Source: Rhodospirillaceae bacterium
Lineage (GTDB): Bacteria > Pseudomonadota > Alphaproteobacteria > SMXQ01
NCBI GenBank assembly: GCA_947474495.1
Contig: CANJIM010000003.1
Coordinates: forward strand, 8,826 to 72,825
Direction: 5' to 3'
Length of the DNA stretch: 64,000 bases
Under the pieces are notes generated by a model, which had not been told where the DNA came from, made no database searches, and saw nothing but the letters and a program-made list of their open reading frames with translations. Each line of letters begins with the position of its first letter. Within the stretch, counting starts at the first letter, position 1. Below are positions 9,643 through 19,309 of this stretch, piece after piece. Both the position numbers and the translations under genes were made by a program.

Positions 9643-12192
9643 TTGTCCAGCGTGTCTTTGCCGCCAGGCTTACAGCCGCGATCGCCGCAGCGAGGTCCAT
9701 CATCATCGGGCCCGTCTTGGCGTGGCTTGATCGTCAAAATCTCCTTGGTCGCTGCGGTCGTGGTCGCCGCTGTGGTGGCGCAAGTGGGCTACGACCTTTG
9801 GCGCAGCCATGAGCTCCAGATTCGGGACGCCGAACGCAACGCCGCCAATCTGGTGCGTCTGCTCGATGAACAGACGGCGCGGACCTTTCAAGCCGTCGAT
9901 TTGAGCCTGCGTGCGGCGGCGGACGCCATCGCGCGACTGCCGCAAGACACGCCGGACCGCGACCGCGCAGTCTACGATTTGCTCAACAGCTTCATGCCGC
10001 AACTGCCCTTCGTGCGCTCGCTCTTTATCATCGATCGCGACGGGATCATGCGTCATGTCTCCAATTACTTTCCCGCTTCGCCCTTCGACAACACATCACG
10101 CGACTATTACAGAGACCTGAGCGTGGCGGCCCGCGACGGGCTCTATATCGGCAAGCCGGTGCTGAGTCGCATCAATCAGCAATGGTTTATGACTGCCGGG
10201 CTGCGGCTCGACGACGCTTCTGGTGACTTCGCCGGCGTGATCCTCGCGGCCGTCGAGCCGGAATATTTTCAGACATTCTACACATCGCTCGACGTCGGCC
10301 AGGAAGGCCGGCTCGGGCTTTATTTGGCCGACGGCACGTTGTTGATTCGGACCCCGCGCGACGACGCCTTGACCGGCGTATCTTTCGCAGACACGCCATT
10401 GTTCCGTCACGTCGCAGCCGCGCCAACAGGTGTTTTTCACACGGTTGCGACGGGCAGCGATGTGGCGCGCATTTTTGCCTACCGCCGCCTCGAGAAACTG
10501 CCGCTCGTCGTTTGCGTCGCGCTCAGCAAGAGCGAAATGCTGCGCGACTGGCGCGCGAACGTCATCGTCTATGTGCCAGTGATCGCCGCTTTCATCTTTT
10601 TCGTTGCGGTGCTGATGTGGTTCTTGCTGCGCGAATTACGCCAGCGTGAAATTTTGTCGCGGGCCTTGCGCGATAACAGCGACCGCTTGCGGCTTGCGTT
10701 GGAATCGTCGGAAACCGGCACATGGACTTGGGATAAGCAAAGCGACAGCTCGATCGGTGACGAGAATGTGCTGCGCCTCTTCGGCGTCAAAGCCGAAGAC
10801 TACCCCGGCACAGGCGAGGCGTTTTTAAGCTCTTTGCATCCGGAAGACCGCGCTGCCGTGCGTGCCGCCATCGAGCGCTGCATGGCGGAAAATTCCTCTT
10901 ACGACGTGATTTATCGTATCTATCGTGGCGATGGCGCGATCCGCTGGATCCACAGCCGAGGCGAGCCCATCTGCGGCGCGCATGGCGAGCCGACGGGCCT
11001 TATCGGTGTGTGTAACGACATCACCACTTACCGTCGGGCGCAAGAGGCGCTGGTGCAAGCGCAGCGGATGGATATCGTAAGCCGCATGACCGGTGGTATC
11101 GCCCACGATTTCAACAATCTTCTGCAGGTCGTGCTGGGTAACGCCGAAATCTTGATCGACGGCTTGGCGCAAGAGCCGAAGCTGCGGCGTTGGGCGGAGA
11201 TGACAAAGATCGCCGCCGATCGTGGGGCGGAGTTGACGCGCCGTCTGATGGCCTTTGCGCGGCGGCAATTGCTCGAACCTTCCGAGGTGAATGTCAACCG
11301 TCTCATCCTGTCGATGAGCGACACGCTGCGCAACAGTTTGGGCGAAATTCAGCTGACGGTTGATTTCGCCGAGGATCTGTCGCTCGCGCTTGTCGATTCC
11401 ATTCAGCTTGAGAATGCCATCGTCAATCTCGCGCTCAATTCGCGTGACGCGATGCCAGGCGGTGGGCGTCTGATGATCGCGACGTCGAACCGCGAATTAT
11501 CGGCCCAAGATTGCGAAGGCATCGAAGACTTGGCGCCGGGCCGATATGTCACGGTCACAGTCGTCGATAGCGGCATCGGCATGACTCCCGAAGTGCTCAA
11601 GCGATGCTGCGAGCCGTTCTTCACCACCAAAGACGTTGGCGCCGGCAGCGGTCTTGGGTTGTCGATGGTTTATGGTTTTGCCAAGCAGTCGAACGGCCAT
11701 ATGACGATCAGCAGTAAGCCGGGGGGCGGTACGACTGTGATCATGTATCTCCCTTGCGCGGAGGAGCCGGCACAGAGGCGAAGCGAACCGATGCTGCCGG
11801 CTTCAGGCGCTTTGCCTGGCGGGATCGAGACTATTTTGGTCGTCGATGACGATCCTTTGGTGCGTGGCTACGTATGCCAGCAGATTTCCAATTTCGGCTA
11901 CCGCGTGATCGAATGCAGCGACGGCACGGTAGCCTTGATGGCGCTGCGCCGTGGTGAGGCGATTGATCTGCTGTTCAGCGATGTGCTTATGCCGGGGGGG
12001 CTAGATGGCCTGGCCCTCGTGACAGAGGCGCGACGCATTCGGCCTGGCATCAAGGTGCTGCTCACATCGGGCGACGCGCACGGTTCGGCAGGCGACAAGG
12101 GCCGTCTGGGCGGTTATGCCTTGTTGGCCAAGCCCTACCGCAAGGATGAACTGGCGGCCATGCTGCGCAGCGTCATCGACGGCACTGACTAG
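9643..12192 (+). CDS. Hybrid sensor histidine kinase (TM-Cache-TM-PAS-HisKA-HATPase-REC)
   Basis: GGIAHDFNNLL, NLALNSRDAM, DSGIGM, EPFFTTK, GSGLGL; REC motifs VVDDD, SDVLMPG, KPY; TTG start after GGGGGA. Confidence 0.92.
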   Translation: MSSVSLPPGLQPRSPQRGPSSSGPSWRGLIVKISLVAAVVVAAVVAQVGYDLWRSHELQIRDAERNAANLVRLLDEQTARTFQAVDLSLRAAADAIARLPQDTPDRDRAVYDLLNSFMPQLPFVRSLFIIDRDGIMRHVSNYFPASPFDNTSRDYYRDLSVAARDGLYIGKPVLSRINQQWFMTAGLRLDDASGDFAGVILAAVEPEYFQTFYTSLDVGQEGRLGLYLADGTLLIRTPRDDALTGVSFADTPLFRHVAAAPTGVFHTVATGSDVARIFAYRRLEKLPLVVCVALSKSEMLRDWRANVIVYVPVIAAFIFFVAVLMWFLLRELRQREILSRALRDNSDRLRLALESSETGTWTWDKQSDSSIGDENVLRLFGVKAEDYPGTGEAFLSSLHPEDRAAVRAAIERCMAENSSYDVIYRIYRGDGAIRWIHSRGEPICGAHGEPTGLIGVCNDITTYRRAQEALVQAQRMDIVSRMTGGIAHDFNNLLQVVLGNAEILIDGLAQEPKLRRWAEMTKIAADRGAELTRRLMAFARRQLLEPSEVNVNRLILSMSDTLRNSLGEIQLTVDFAEDLSLALVDSIQLENAIVNLALNSRDAMPGGGRLMIATSNRELSAQDCEGIEDLAPGRYVTVTVVDSGIGMTPEVLKRCCEPFFTTKDVGAGSGLGLSMVYGFAKQSNGHMTISSKPGGGTTVIMYLPCAEEPAQRRSEPMLPASGALPGGIETILVVDDDPLVRGYVCQQISNFGYRVIECSDGTVALMALRRGEAIDLLFSDVLMPGGLDGLALVTEARRIRPGIKVLLTSGDAHGSAGDKGRLGGYALLAKPYRKDELAAMLRSVIDGTD

Positions 12193-12300
12193 GGATCGTC
12201 TTTTCAGAGCGATGCACCGGTGACGCCCGCGTTGGGCGTATGCTATATCGGCTATCGGGTCGATCAATCACCAATCAAGAAATGAAGTGAGACAGGGAGC

Positions 12301-13233
12301 ATGACTGAGTATTTTCTGTTGAATTATGCCGACGAACAGGGCATCGCCCGCGCCGGCATCAAGGTTGGCGACATGATCGTCGATATCGAGAAGGGCTTGG
12401 CCGCGATCGGCAAGAGCGCTGTGCTCGGCGGCGGCGATGCCCGTTCGACCATGGCCATTCTTGGTGTGTGGGAGAAGGCGGAGCCGGCGCTCGAAGCGCT
12501 GGCCGCTGCGGTGCCCGCCGCCGCAACCAAGCCGCTGGCCGGCGCCAAGCTGATGGCGCCGCTGCTCTATCCCAGCGGCATCTTCTGCGCTGCGGCCAAT
12601 TTCACCGACCATATGCGCGAAATGTCGGGCCGCGAGCCGCCGGACAAAACCAAGACGCGTCCGTACTTCTTCCCCAAGACCATCGCCCATTCGATCATCG
12701 GTCCGGAAGATCCCATTCGCCTGCCCAAAGTCTCCCAGCAGGTCGATTGGGAAGCCGAAGTCGGCGTCGTCATCGGCAAGCCGGCGCGCAACGTCTCGGA
12801 AGCCGACGCGATGAACTACGTCGCCGGCTACACGATCATGAACGATCTCAGCCTGCGCGACCTCGGCCATCGCACCGACTGGAATTTCCGCGTCGACTGG
12901 TTCCAGCATAAATGCTTCGACGGTTCGGCGCCGCTCGGTCCGTGGATCGCGCCCGCCAAGTCGATCAAGGATCCGTATAAGCTGGCCATGAAGCTGTGGG
13001 TCAACAAAGACCTGATGCAGGATTCTTCGACGAGTTTCATGCATTTCGACATTGCCGAGCAGATATCTTATCTCAGCGAGCGGCTCACTTTGCGGCCGGG
13101 CGACATCATCTCGACGGGCACGCCATCGGGCGTCGGCCGTCCGCGCGGCATCTTCCTGAAGCCGGGTGATGAGGTCACCATCGAGGTCGAGGGCATCGGC
13201 CGCATGCACAACCCCGTGATCCAGGGGGAGTGA
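12301..13233 (+). CDS. Fumarylacetoacetate hydrolase family protein
   Basis: DWEAEVGVVIGK, GYTIMNDLSLRD, PLGPW, GDIISTGTPSGVG. Confidence 0.92.
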   Translation: MTEYFLLNYADEQGIARAGIKVGDMIVDIEKGLAAIGKSAVLGGGDARSTMAILGVWEKAEPALEALAAAVPAAATKPLAGAKLMAPLLYPSGIFCAAANFTDHMREMSGREPPDKTKTRPYFFPKTIAHSIIGPEDPIRLPKVSQQVDWEAEVGVVIGKPARNVSEADAMNYVAGYTIMNDLSLRDLGHRTDWNFRVDWFQHKCFDGSAPLGPWIAPAKSIKDPYKLAMKLWVNKDLMQDSSTSFMHFDIAEQISYLSERLTLRPGDIISTGTPSGVGRPRGIFLKPGDEVTIEVEGIGRMHNPVIQGE

Positions 13234-14219
13234 TGGGCGCACCCATTATCGACATCCACGGGCATATCAACCTCGCCAAGCCCAAAGCGCTCCTCGAATC
13301 GCGCATTCCGCCGAAGCCGCCTAAGGCACCCGTGCCCGGCGCGCCCGGCGGTGGCATGACCGACAAGACGCGAGGCAAGATCCTCGTCGATATCGACGCG
13401 CGTCTGGCCGACATGGCGGGCATGGGTGTCGACATGATGGCGTTGACGCCGTCGCCGCCGCGCGGTTTCTACAAGTTCGACGAAGAGTTGGCCGGCGACC
13501 TTGCCCGTTCGGTCAACGACGAGGTCGCCAAGATCGCGACCGACCATCCCAAGAAGTTCATCGCGTGCGGCAACCTGCCGGTCCAGCATGTCGCCTGGTC
13601 GGTGAAGGAGCTCGAGCGCAGCATGCGCGAACTCGGCCATAAGGGCGTGCGCATCTCGACCAACATCGCCGGACTCGAACTGGGCGATCGGCGCTTCGAC
13701 CCCCTGTGGGCGAAGGCGCAGGAGCTGGGCGCGGTGATCTTCCTGCACCCGCAAGGCTTCACGCATCCCGAGCGCATGCAGGACTACTTCATGACAAACG
13801 TCGTCGCCCAGCCTCTGGAGACGGCGCTGGCCCTGGCGCAGATGATCTTCGGCGGCGTGTTCGAGCGGTACCCGGATTTGAAGCTGTGCGCGGCCCATGG
13901 TGGCGGTTATCTGCCGGCCTATCTCGGTCGCTTCGAGCAGGCCTACCGCGAGCGGGCCGAATGCCGTGTGCATATCAACAAGCCGCCGGAGTATTACGTG
14001 AAGAAGCTCTGGCTCGACACGGTCGTGTTCCGTCCGGACCAAATCGCCTTTCTCGTCAATCTCGTCGGCCATGAGCACGTCGTCATGGGAACCGACAGCC
14101 CTTACGACATGGGCGAGAACCATCCGGTCGAGTTGGTGAAGAGCGTGTCCGGCCTCACCGACGCGCAGAAGGCCGACATCCTCGGCGGCAACTCCATGCG
14201 GATGCTCGGCCTCAATTGA
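13233..14219 (+). CDS. Amidohydrolase-2 family decarboxylase/hydratase (ACMSD-like)
   Basis: IDIHGH, FLHP, AHGGG, GTDSPY; start overlaps the FAH stop (TGATG). Confidence 0.9.
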   Translation: MGAPIIDIHGHINLAKPKALLESRIPPKPPKAPVPGAPGGGMTDKTRGKILVDIDARLADMAGMGVDMMALTPSPPRGFYKFDEELAGDLARSVNDEVAKIATDHPKKFIACGNLPVQHVAWSVKELERSMRELGHKGVRISTNIAGLELGDRRFDPLWAKAQELGAVIFLHPQGFTHPERMQDYFMTNVVAQPLETALALAQMIFGGVFERYPDLKLCAAHGGGYLPAYLGRFEQAYRERAECRVHINKPPEYYVKKLWLDTVVFRPDQIAFLVNLVGHEHVVMGTDSPYDMGENHPVELVKSVSGLTDAQKADILGGNSMRMLGLN

Positions 14220-14234
14220 TCTTGGCGATCTAAA

Positions 14235-14270
14235 GCAAAACCCCCGGTCTTTGCAGACCGGGGGTTTTTT
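14235..14270. terminator. Bidirectional intrinsic terminator
   Basis: AAAACCCCCGGTCT-TTGC-AGACCGGGGGTTTTTT. Confidence 0.9.
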
Positions 14271-14286
14271 ATCGGCATCAGCGGCG

Positions 14287-15345
14287 CTACTTGCGCTCCG
14301 AATTATCCTCGCCGTTGCCCGGCTGGCGATAGCTGTTGACGCGCGTGTAGATGGCGTCCGGCACGTCATAAAGCTTGTTCATCAGCGCCGCGATCTCCGG
14401 ACCAGAGATCGCGTCGATCTCCAGGTTCTGCTTGGCGGCGTCGGCGAGCAGTGCAGGATCCTCCATCGAGGCGTCAAAGGCCTTCTGGAGTGCGGCGGCG
14501 CGGTCGGCCGGCAAGCCGGGCGGGGCCAGGAAAGGGCGGCCCATTTCCTGCGTCGCCAGCATGATCTCCATGGCGATGCGGTCTTCTTCCTTGGTCAGCA
14601 GGTCCATGATCAGCGGAACGTCCGGGAGTTCCTTGTGCTTCTTCAGGCCGAACTGCACGATCATGTTCACCTTCTTGTCGCGGATCCAGTCTTCCTGGGT
14701 CGCTTTCAAGCTGGCATAGCCGAAACCGCACCGCGAATCGACTTCGCCACGTTCCATGGCGATGTCTGTGTCGGTGCCTTGATAACCCGTCACGAGCTTG
14801 AACTTGGTGCCGAGCAAGCTGTTCATCACGCGCGGGAAAACGGCGCTCGATCCGGCGACGCCGCTGCCACCGGCGACGACTTCGCGCTTCTTCGCATCGT
14901 CGACGGTCTTGATGCCGGTGGTGTGCCAGGTCAAGCAGACGCTCGTTTGCTTGGCCATGCTGCCGATCCAAGTGAACGCACGGCCGTCATATTTTGTCCC
15001 TTCCGGCGCGACTTTCGGCTCCAGGCCCATGCGCTCGTGGACACCGCCGAAGGTCAGGCCGTCTTTCGGCGCGACGTTGAAGATATAGTTCGTCGCGATC
15101 AGCGTGCCGGCGCCCGTCATGTTACGCACGACGAAGGTCGGGTTGCCTGGAATATGCTTGCCCATGTGGCGGACGAGCAGGCGGGCGTAGGCGTCGTAGG
15201 CACCGCCGGCGTTGTTGCCGACGATGACGTTGATGCTCTTGCCTTTATAGAAAGTTTCGACGCTTTGCGCGGAAGCGCTTTGGGCGAGGCTTAGGGCGAG
15301 CACGCCTCCAAGCCCGCACGCGAGTGCGGTCATTCGATTGGTCAT
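14287..15345 (-). CDS. Bug/TctC-family tripartite tricarboxylate transporter substrate-binding protein
   Basis: Signal peptide, GGAYDAYAR, VVRNMTGAG, VTGYQG, AMERGEVD, LPDVP, GRPFLAPPG. Confidence 0.9.
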   Translation of the reverse strand: MTNRMTALACGLGGVLALSLAQSASAQSVETFYKGKSINVIVGNNAGGAYDAYARLLVRHMGKHIPGNPTFVVRNMTGAGTLIATNYIFNVAPKDGLTFGGVHERMGLEPKVAPEGTKYDGRAFTWIGSMAKQTSVCLTWHTTGIKTVDDAKKREVVAGGSGVAGSSAVFPRVMNSLLGTKFKLVTGYQGTDTDIAMERGEVDSRCGFGYASLKATQEDWIRDKKVNMIVQFGLKKHKELPDVPLIMDLLTKEEDRIAMEIMLATQEMGRPFLAPPGLPADRAAALQKAFDASMEDPALLADAAKQNLEIDAISGPEIAALMNKLYDVPDAIYTRVNSYRQPGNGEDNSERK

Positions 15346-15735
15346 CTGGTACCCCGTTGTTGCATTTTTTATAGACCCGCCAGGTTTTCCTGGCAGGGCA
15401 GGCACGTCACGTCTGTGGTCACTCTGCCTTGGAACTGTCGAGAGTGTTCAAAAGCCTCCTATTTTGTGATTGTTGCCCGCTTCTTGCGCCGGCTTATCCG
15501 CTAACGTTCGGATGACGCCCCGATGATTGAGCGACGAGTCAATCAAGGCGAACAGACATTTGGTTTTTTGCAAATGATATGTTGTCGGTTCCCTATGCCG
15601 GCGGTGATCCGTTCGGATTGCTGCGCATGTACCGGCGCTATTCTTAGCGAGGGATTGTGCTGGCGCAGGCGAGCGTGCGCCAGAGAAAATCACGCCCGGA
15701 CACGCTGGGATCGCTAACGATTTTGTGAAAACAGC

Positions 15736-17370
15736 CTATTGCCCCTGCGGGCCGACCAGCTTGCAAAGCGCGGCCACAGTGCTGTCGATGTGTTCAGGCG
15801 CGAACACGGCCGCGACGTAGCGATCCGGACGCAGCAGCAGAAGCCGCGTCTGACCCGCCGGAAAAAGCTTAGAGAATCGGCCGGCGCGATCGAGCGCGAC
15901 GGAAAAGCCGTTGGGGATCGGCGCCGGCAATTTGGCATCGGGCGGCAGCAGGGCGACGCGGCGCGCTTCAAGTCGTCGCCACAAGGGATGTTCGGCGGCC
16001 ATCAGGGCAGTGACGGCGTCGCTGCCGTAAGCGAGCAGCGCGAAGCCAGTGCCCGTGATCTCGTCGAGCAGCACTTCCTTGTCGCCACTTCCGGCTGGTG
16101 CTTGCGGATCGACGGCGACGACGCGCGGTTGCGGGAGCATGCGGCCGACGAGGCTGATCTTTGGATCCTCGCCATTCGGCACGAGGAAGCCCGCCTCGAA
16201 GCGCGGCTTTGGCTTGAATTTCATCTGCATGAAATAGTCGCGCACCGCCGGCACGAGATTCGCGAAGCGGATGGCATTGACCAGCAGATTCTCGCGCAGC
16301 CGCGTCGCGGGGTTCATCACCTGGCCCATGCGCACCGCCATCATGATGAGAGACCAGGCATGCGGCCGGCGTTCCTGCGCGTAGCTGTCGAGCAAAGCCG
16401 GCGCGATACGGCCAGCGATCGTGGCGGCGAGCTTCCAGGATAGATTATGTGCGTCGCGGATACCGGAGTTCATGCCTTGGCCGGCGAAGGGCGGCGTCAG
16501 ATGAGCGGCATCGCCAGCGAGAAACACGCGGCCCTCGCGCCAGCGCTCGGCCGTGCGGGCATGGAAGGTGTAGACGATCTGGCGGACGATCTCGGCCTCG
16601 GTGTCGCCGCCATAGAGCTGCAGCATGCCGCGGATCGACTCGGGCTTGAGTGCTTCGGCGTCTGTTTCGTCATCGCGCAGGCGAAATTCCCAACGCCGTG
16701 TGCCGTGTGGGCCCGGCAAGGTGATCGCGGGACGCTCGGCGCTGCAATAGACGTGGGTATGCTGGATCGAATCCTTGCGGTTGACGATGTCGAGTACGAC
16801 CCAGCGTTCTTCGAAGCTGGAGCCGACGAGCGGAATGCCGAGCAGCTTGCGGATCGGCGACGAGCCGCCGTCGCAAGCGGCGAGATAGTCGGCGCGGATT
16901 TCGAGTGCCGTGCCGTCTGGGCCCTCGATCGCGGCGGTGACGCCCGTCTCGTCTTGTGTGAAGCCATTCAGCTTATGGCCGAACATCGTGGTGACGTGGG
17001 GAAAGCGAGCGAGGCCCTGGCGCAACGTCGCTTCGAATAGCGGTTGTTGGAACGGGCAGCGACGCGGATAGCCGTAATCGGCGGCGGTCGGCAGCACGGC
17101 GGCAAAGCGCCGGCCATGCCGGGTGAAGTAGTGATAGCCGTAACCGCCGAGAATAACGTCCTTCGCCACCTCGTCGATCAGGCCGGCCGCCTGCATCGTG
17201 CGCAGCGATTCGTCGTCAATCGAGACGGCGCGCGGCTCCTGCACGGTCGAGGCATGCTGCTCGACCAGGATCGTCTCGACGCCGTAAAGCCCGAGCAAAT
17301 TGGCGAGCGTCAGGCCGGTGGGGCCGGCGCCGATAATCAATACCGGCGCCGTCATCCGTTGAGCGGACAT
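15736..17370 (-). CDS. MhpA-like FAD-dependent aromatic hydroxylase
   Basis: GAGPTG, PRAVSIDDE, CDGGSS, GDAAHLTPPFAGQGMNSGIRDA, C-terminal RPDRYV. Confidence 0.88.
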   Translation of the reverse strand: MSAQRMTAPVLIIGAGPTGLTLANLLGLYGVETILVEQHASTVQEPRAVSIDDESLRTMQAAGLIDEVAKDVILGGYGYHYFTRHGRRFAAVLPTAADYGYPRRCPFQQPLFEATLRQGLARFPHVTTMFGHKLNGFTQDETGVTAAIEGPDGTALEIRADYLAACDGGSSPIRKLLGIPLVGSSFEERWVVLDIVNRKDSIQHTHVYCSAERPAITLPGPHGTRRWEFRLRDDETDAEALKPESIRGMLQLYGGDTEAEIVRQIVYTFHARTAERWREGRVFLAGDAAHLTPPFAGQGMNSGIRDAHNLSWKLAATIAGRIAPALLDSYAQERRPHAWSLIMMAVRMGQVMNPATRLRENLLVNAIRFANLVPAVRDYFMQMKFKPKPRFEAGFLVPNGEDPKISLVGRMLPQPRVVAVDPQAPAGSGDKEVLLDEITGTGFALLAYGSDAVTALMAAEHPLWRRLEARRVALLPPDAKLPAPIPNGFSVALDRAGRFSKLFPAGQTRLLLLRPDRYVAAVFAPEHIDSTVAALCKLVGPQGQ

Positions 17371-17377
17371 GGCAGGC

Positions 17378-18217
17378 TTACTGCTCAATGACCTTATTCT
17401 GCAGGATGCCGATGCTGCTGATCTCGACCTCGACCGTGTCGCCCGACTTCATGAAGAGCTGCGGGGTGCGTTTGACGCCGACGCCGCCCGGCGTGCCGGT
17501 GGAGATGACGTCGCCCGGGTTCAACTGCGTGAAGGTGGTGATGTAGTTGATCAGCACGGGAATCGGGAACAGCATTAGGTCGATGCCGGTCTCCTGCACT
17601 TGCTGGCCGTTGAGGCGCGTCTTCAAGGTGAGCTTGTTGACGTCGGGGATTTCATCCTTCGTCACCATCCAGGGACCGAAGCTGCCGGTCTTCGGATAGT
17701 TCTTTCCCGGTGTCCACTGCATCGTGTGGTACTGCCAGTCGCGCACGCTGCCGTCGTTGTAGCAGCTGTAGCCGGCGATAATGCTGAAGGCGTCTTTTTC
17801 AGCGATGTGACGGCCGGACTTGCCGATGACGATGGCGAGCTCGCCTTCGTAGTCGAACTCGACGGAATTCTTCGGCTTGACCATGACGTCGCCATGCGCG
17901 GTCTGGCTGTCGGGGAAGCGCACGAACAGCGCCGGATTGTCGGTCGGCTTGCGGCCGGTCTCTTCGCGGTGCGCCTTGTAGTTCAGGCCGACGCAGATGA
18001 TCTTGCCCGGGTTGGCGATCAGCGGCAGGAAGGTGACGTCGGCGACCTTCGCGTCGGGCTTCTCCTTGGCGAGATCGGCGGCCTTCGACAAACCATCGGC
18101 TTCTAGGAGTGCGCGTAGGTCGGCGTAGGGTAGGCGCTTGCCAAGATCGACGATGCCGTCGCCGACAACGACGCCGTAGCTGTCCTTATTGTTCAGACGA
18201 TAACTGGCAAGCTTCAT
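17378..18217 (-). CDS. Fumarylacetoacetate hydrolase family protein
   Basis: CVGLNY, DYEGEL, YNDGSVRDWQ, GKN, TGTPGGVG. Confidence 0.92.
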   Translation of the reverse strand: MKLASYRLNNKDSYGVVVGDGIVDLGKRLPYADLRALLEADGLSKAADLAKEKPDAKVADVTFLPLIANPGKIICVGLNYKAHREETGRKPTDNPALFVRFPDSQTAHGDVMVKPKNSVEFDYEGELAIVIGKSGRHIAEKDAFSIIAGYSCYNDGSVRDWQYHTMQWTPGKNYPKTGSFGPWMVTKDEIPDVNKLTLKTRLNGQQVQETGIDLMLFPIPVLINYITTFTQLNPGDVISTGTPGGVGVKRTPQLFMKSGDTVEVEISSIGILQNKVIEQ

Positions 18218-18273
18218 GATGCTGGTCCCCAGATGATTGTGAAGTCGTTAAAAACGGCGAGGCGTGCGGCGCG

Positions 18274-19158
18274 TCAGCTCCGCATCCAGGCCGAGCCCCA
18301 AGAATTGAGCGTGCGCTGCTCGTGCGGCCACTCGCGGGTGTCCGTGTCGTGGTCGATATGCTCGATCTCGGCGGAGAACTCGAAGGCGTTGCCGTCGGGA
18401 TCATTGAGCATGAAGAAGAGATTATTGCCGGGACCGTGACGCCCCGGACCCCAGCCGATCGGCAGATGCAGCGTTGCCAGATGGTCGGCCCAATCCCGGA
18501 TGTCGTTCCACTGCGTGGTCTCGAAGCAGAAGTGGTCCAGCTTGCGCACGCGCGAGCGGAAACAGGCGAAGCTGTGATGCTCGTCGTCGGAGCGGAAGAA
18601 GGCGGCGGTGGTGTCGCCTTCGCCGTCCTTCACGCGGTCGGAGAGGCGAAAGCCGAGCGCCTTGGTGTAGAAGCCGATCATGGCTTCCATGTCTTCCGTC
18701 GTGACGACGACATGCTGCAGGCGGCCGGGAATTTTATCGGCAGTCGGCGCATCTGCAATGCGCGAGCCGATGCCGAAGGCGACGATGTTGCCATTGGGGT
18801 CGGCCACAGCGAAGGCGCCGTCGCCGAGTAGCGGGGTCGGCGCGGACAGGATGGCGATGTTCTGTTGTTCGAGATGGGCGCGCAGCTTATCGAGGCGCGC
18901 GCGGTCGCCGAGCGCATAGGCGGCGTAGCCGAGCCTGCTGGCTTCGCCAGGGCCGACGACAATTCGCCGCTCAGCGCTGGCGAGCAGCTTGTCGCCGCCC
19001 GGAAGATCGCTGACGGCGCCGCCGAGAACCTTGCTGTAATAGTCGAGCAGGATGTCCGGCTGCGGACTGGTGATTTTCACATGGTCGAGGTGGGCGGGCC
19101 ACATGGGCGAACGGCTTGTCATGGCGTCATCTATCATGCTGTGCTCTGGCACAGACAT
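18274..19158 (-). CDS. Two-domain VOC-family extradiol ring-cleavage dioxygenase
   Basis: LQHVV, GFRLSD, EHHS, LDHFCF, WGPGRH, DPDGNAFEF; start codon uncertain. Confidence 0.82.
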   Translation of the reverse strand: MSVPEHSMIDDAMTSRSPMWPAHLDHVKITSPQPDILLDYYSKVLGGAVSDLPGGDKLLASAERRIVVGPGEASRLGYAAYALGDRARLDKLRAHLEQQNIAILSAPTPLLGDGAFAVADPNGNIVAFGIGSRIADAPTADKIPGRLQHVVVTTEDMEAMIGFYTKALGFRLSDRVKDGEGDTTAAFFRSDDEHHSFACFRSRVRKLDHFCFETTQWNDIRDWADHLATLHLPIGWGPGRHGPGNNLFFMLNDPDGNAFEFSAEIEHIDHDTDTREWPHEQRTLNSWGSAWMRS

Positions 19159-19309
19159 AGAAGAAAGCGGGCAGGGCGTCGATACTTATTCGGCGCCGCT
19201 TCGGGCAACAATCCTAGGCCGCTTTTAGTTTTTCGAAACAGGTACTTGCCGGCCCGCGATGGTATAGTTCCGAGGCGGCAAAACCTCCTATGAAAAAAGA
19301 GGAAGAGGC

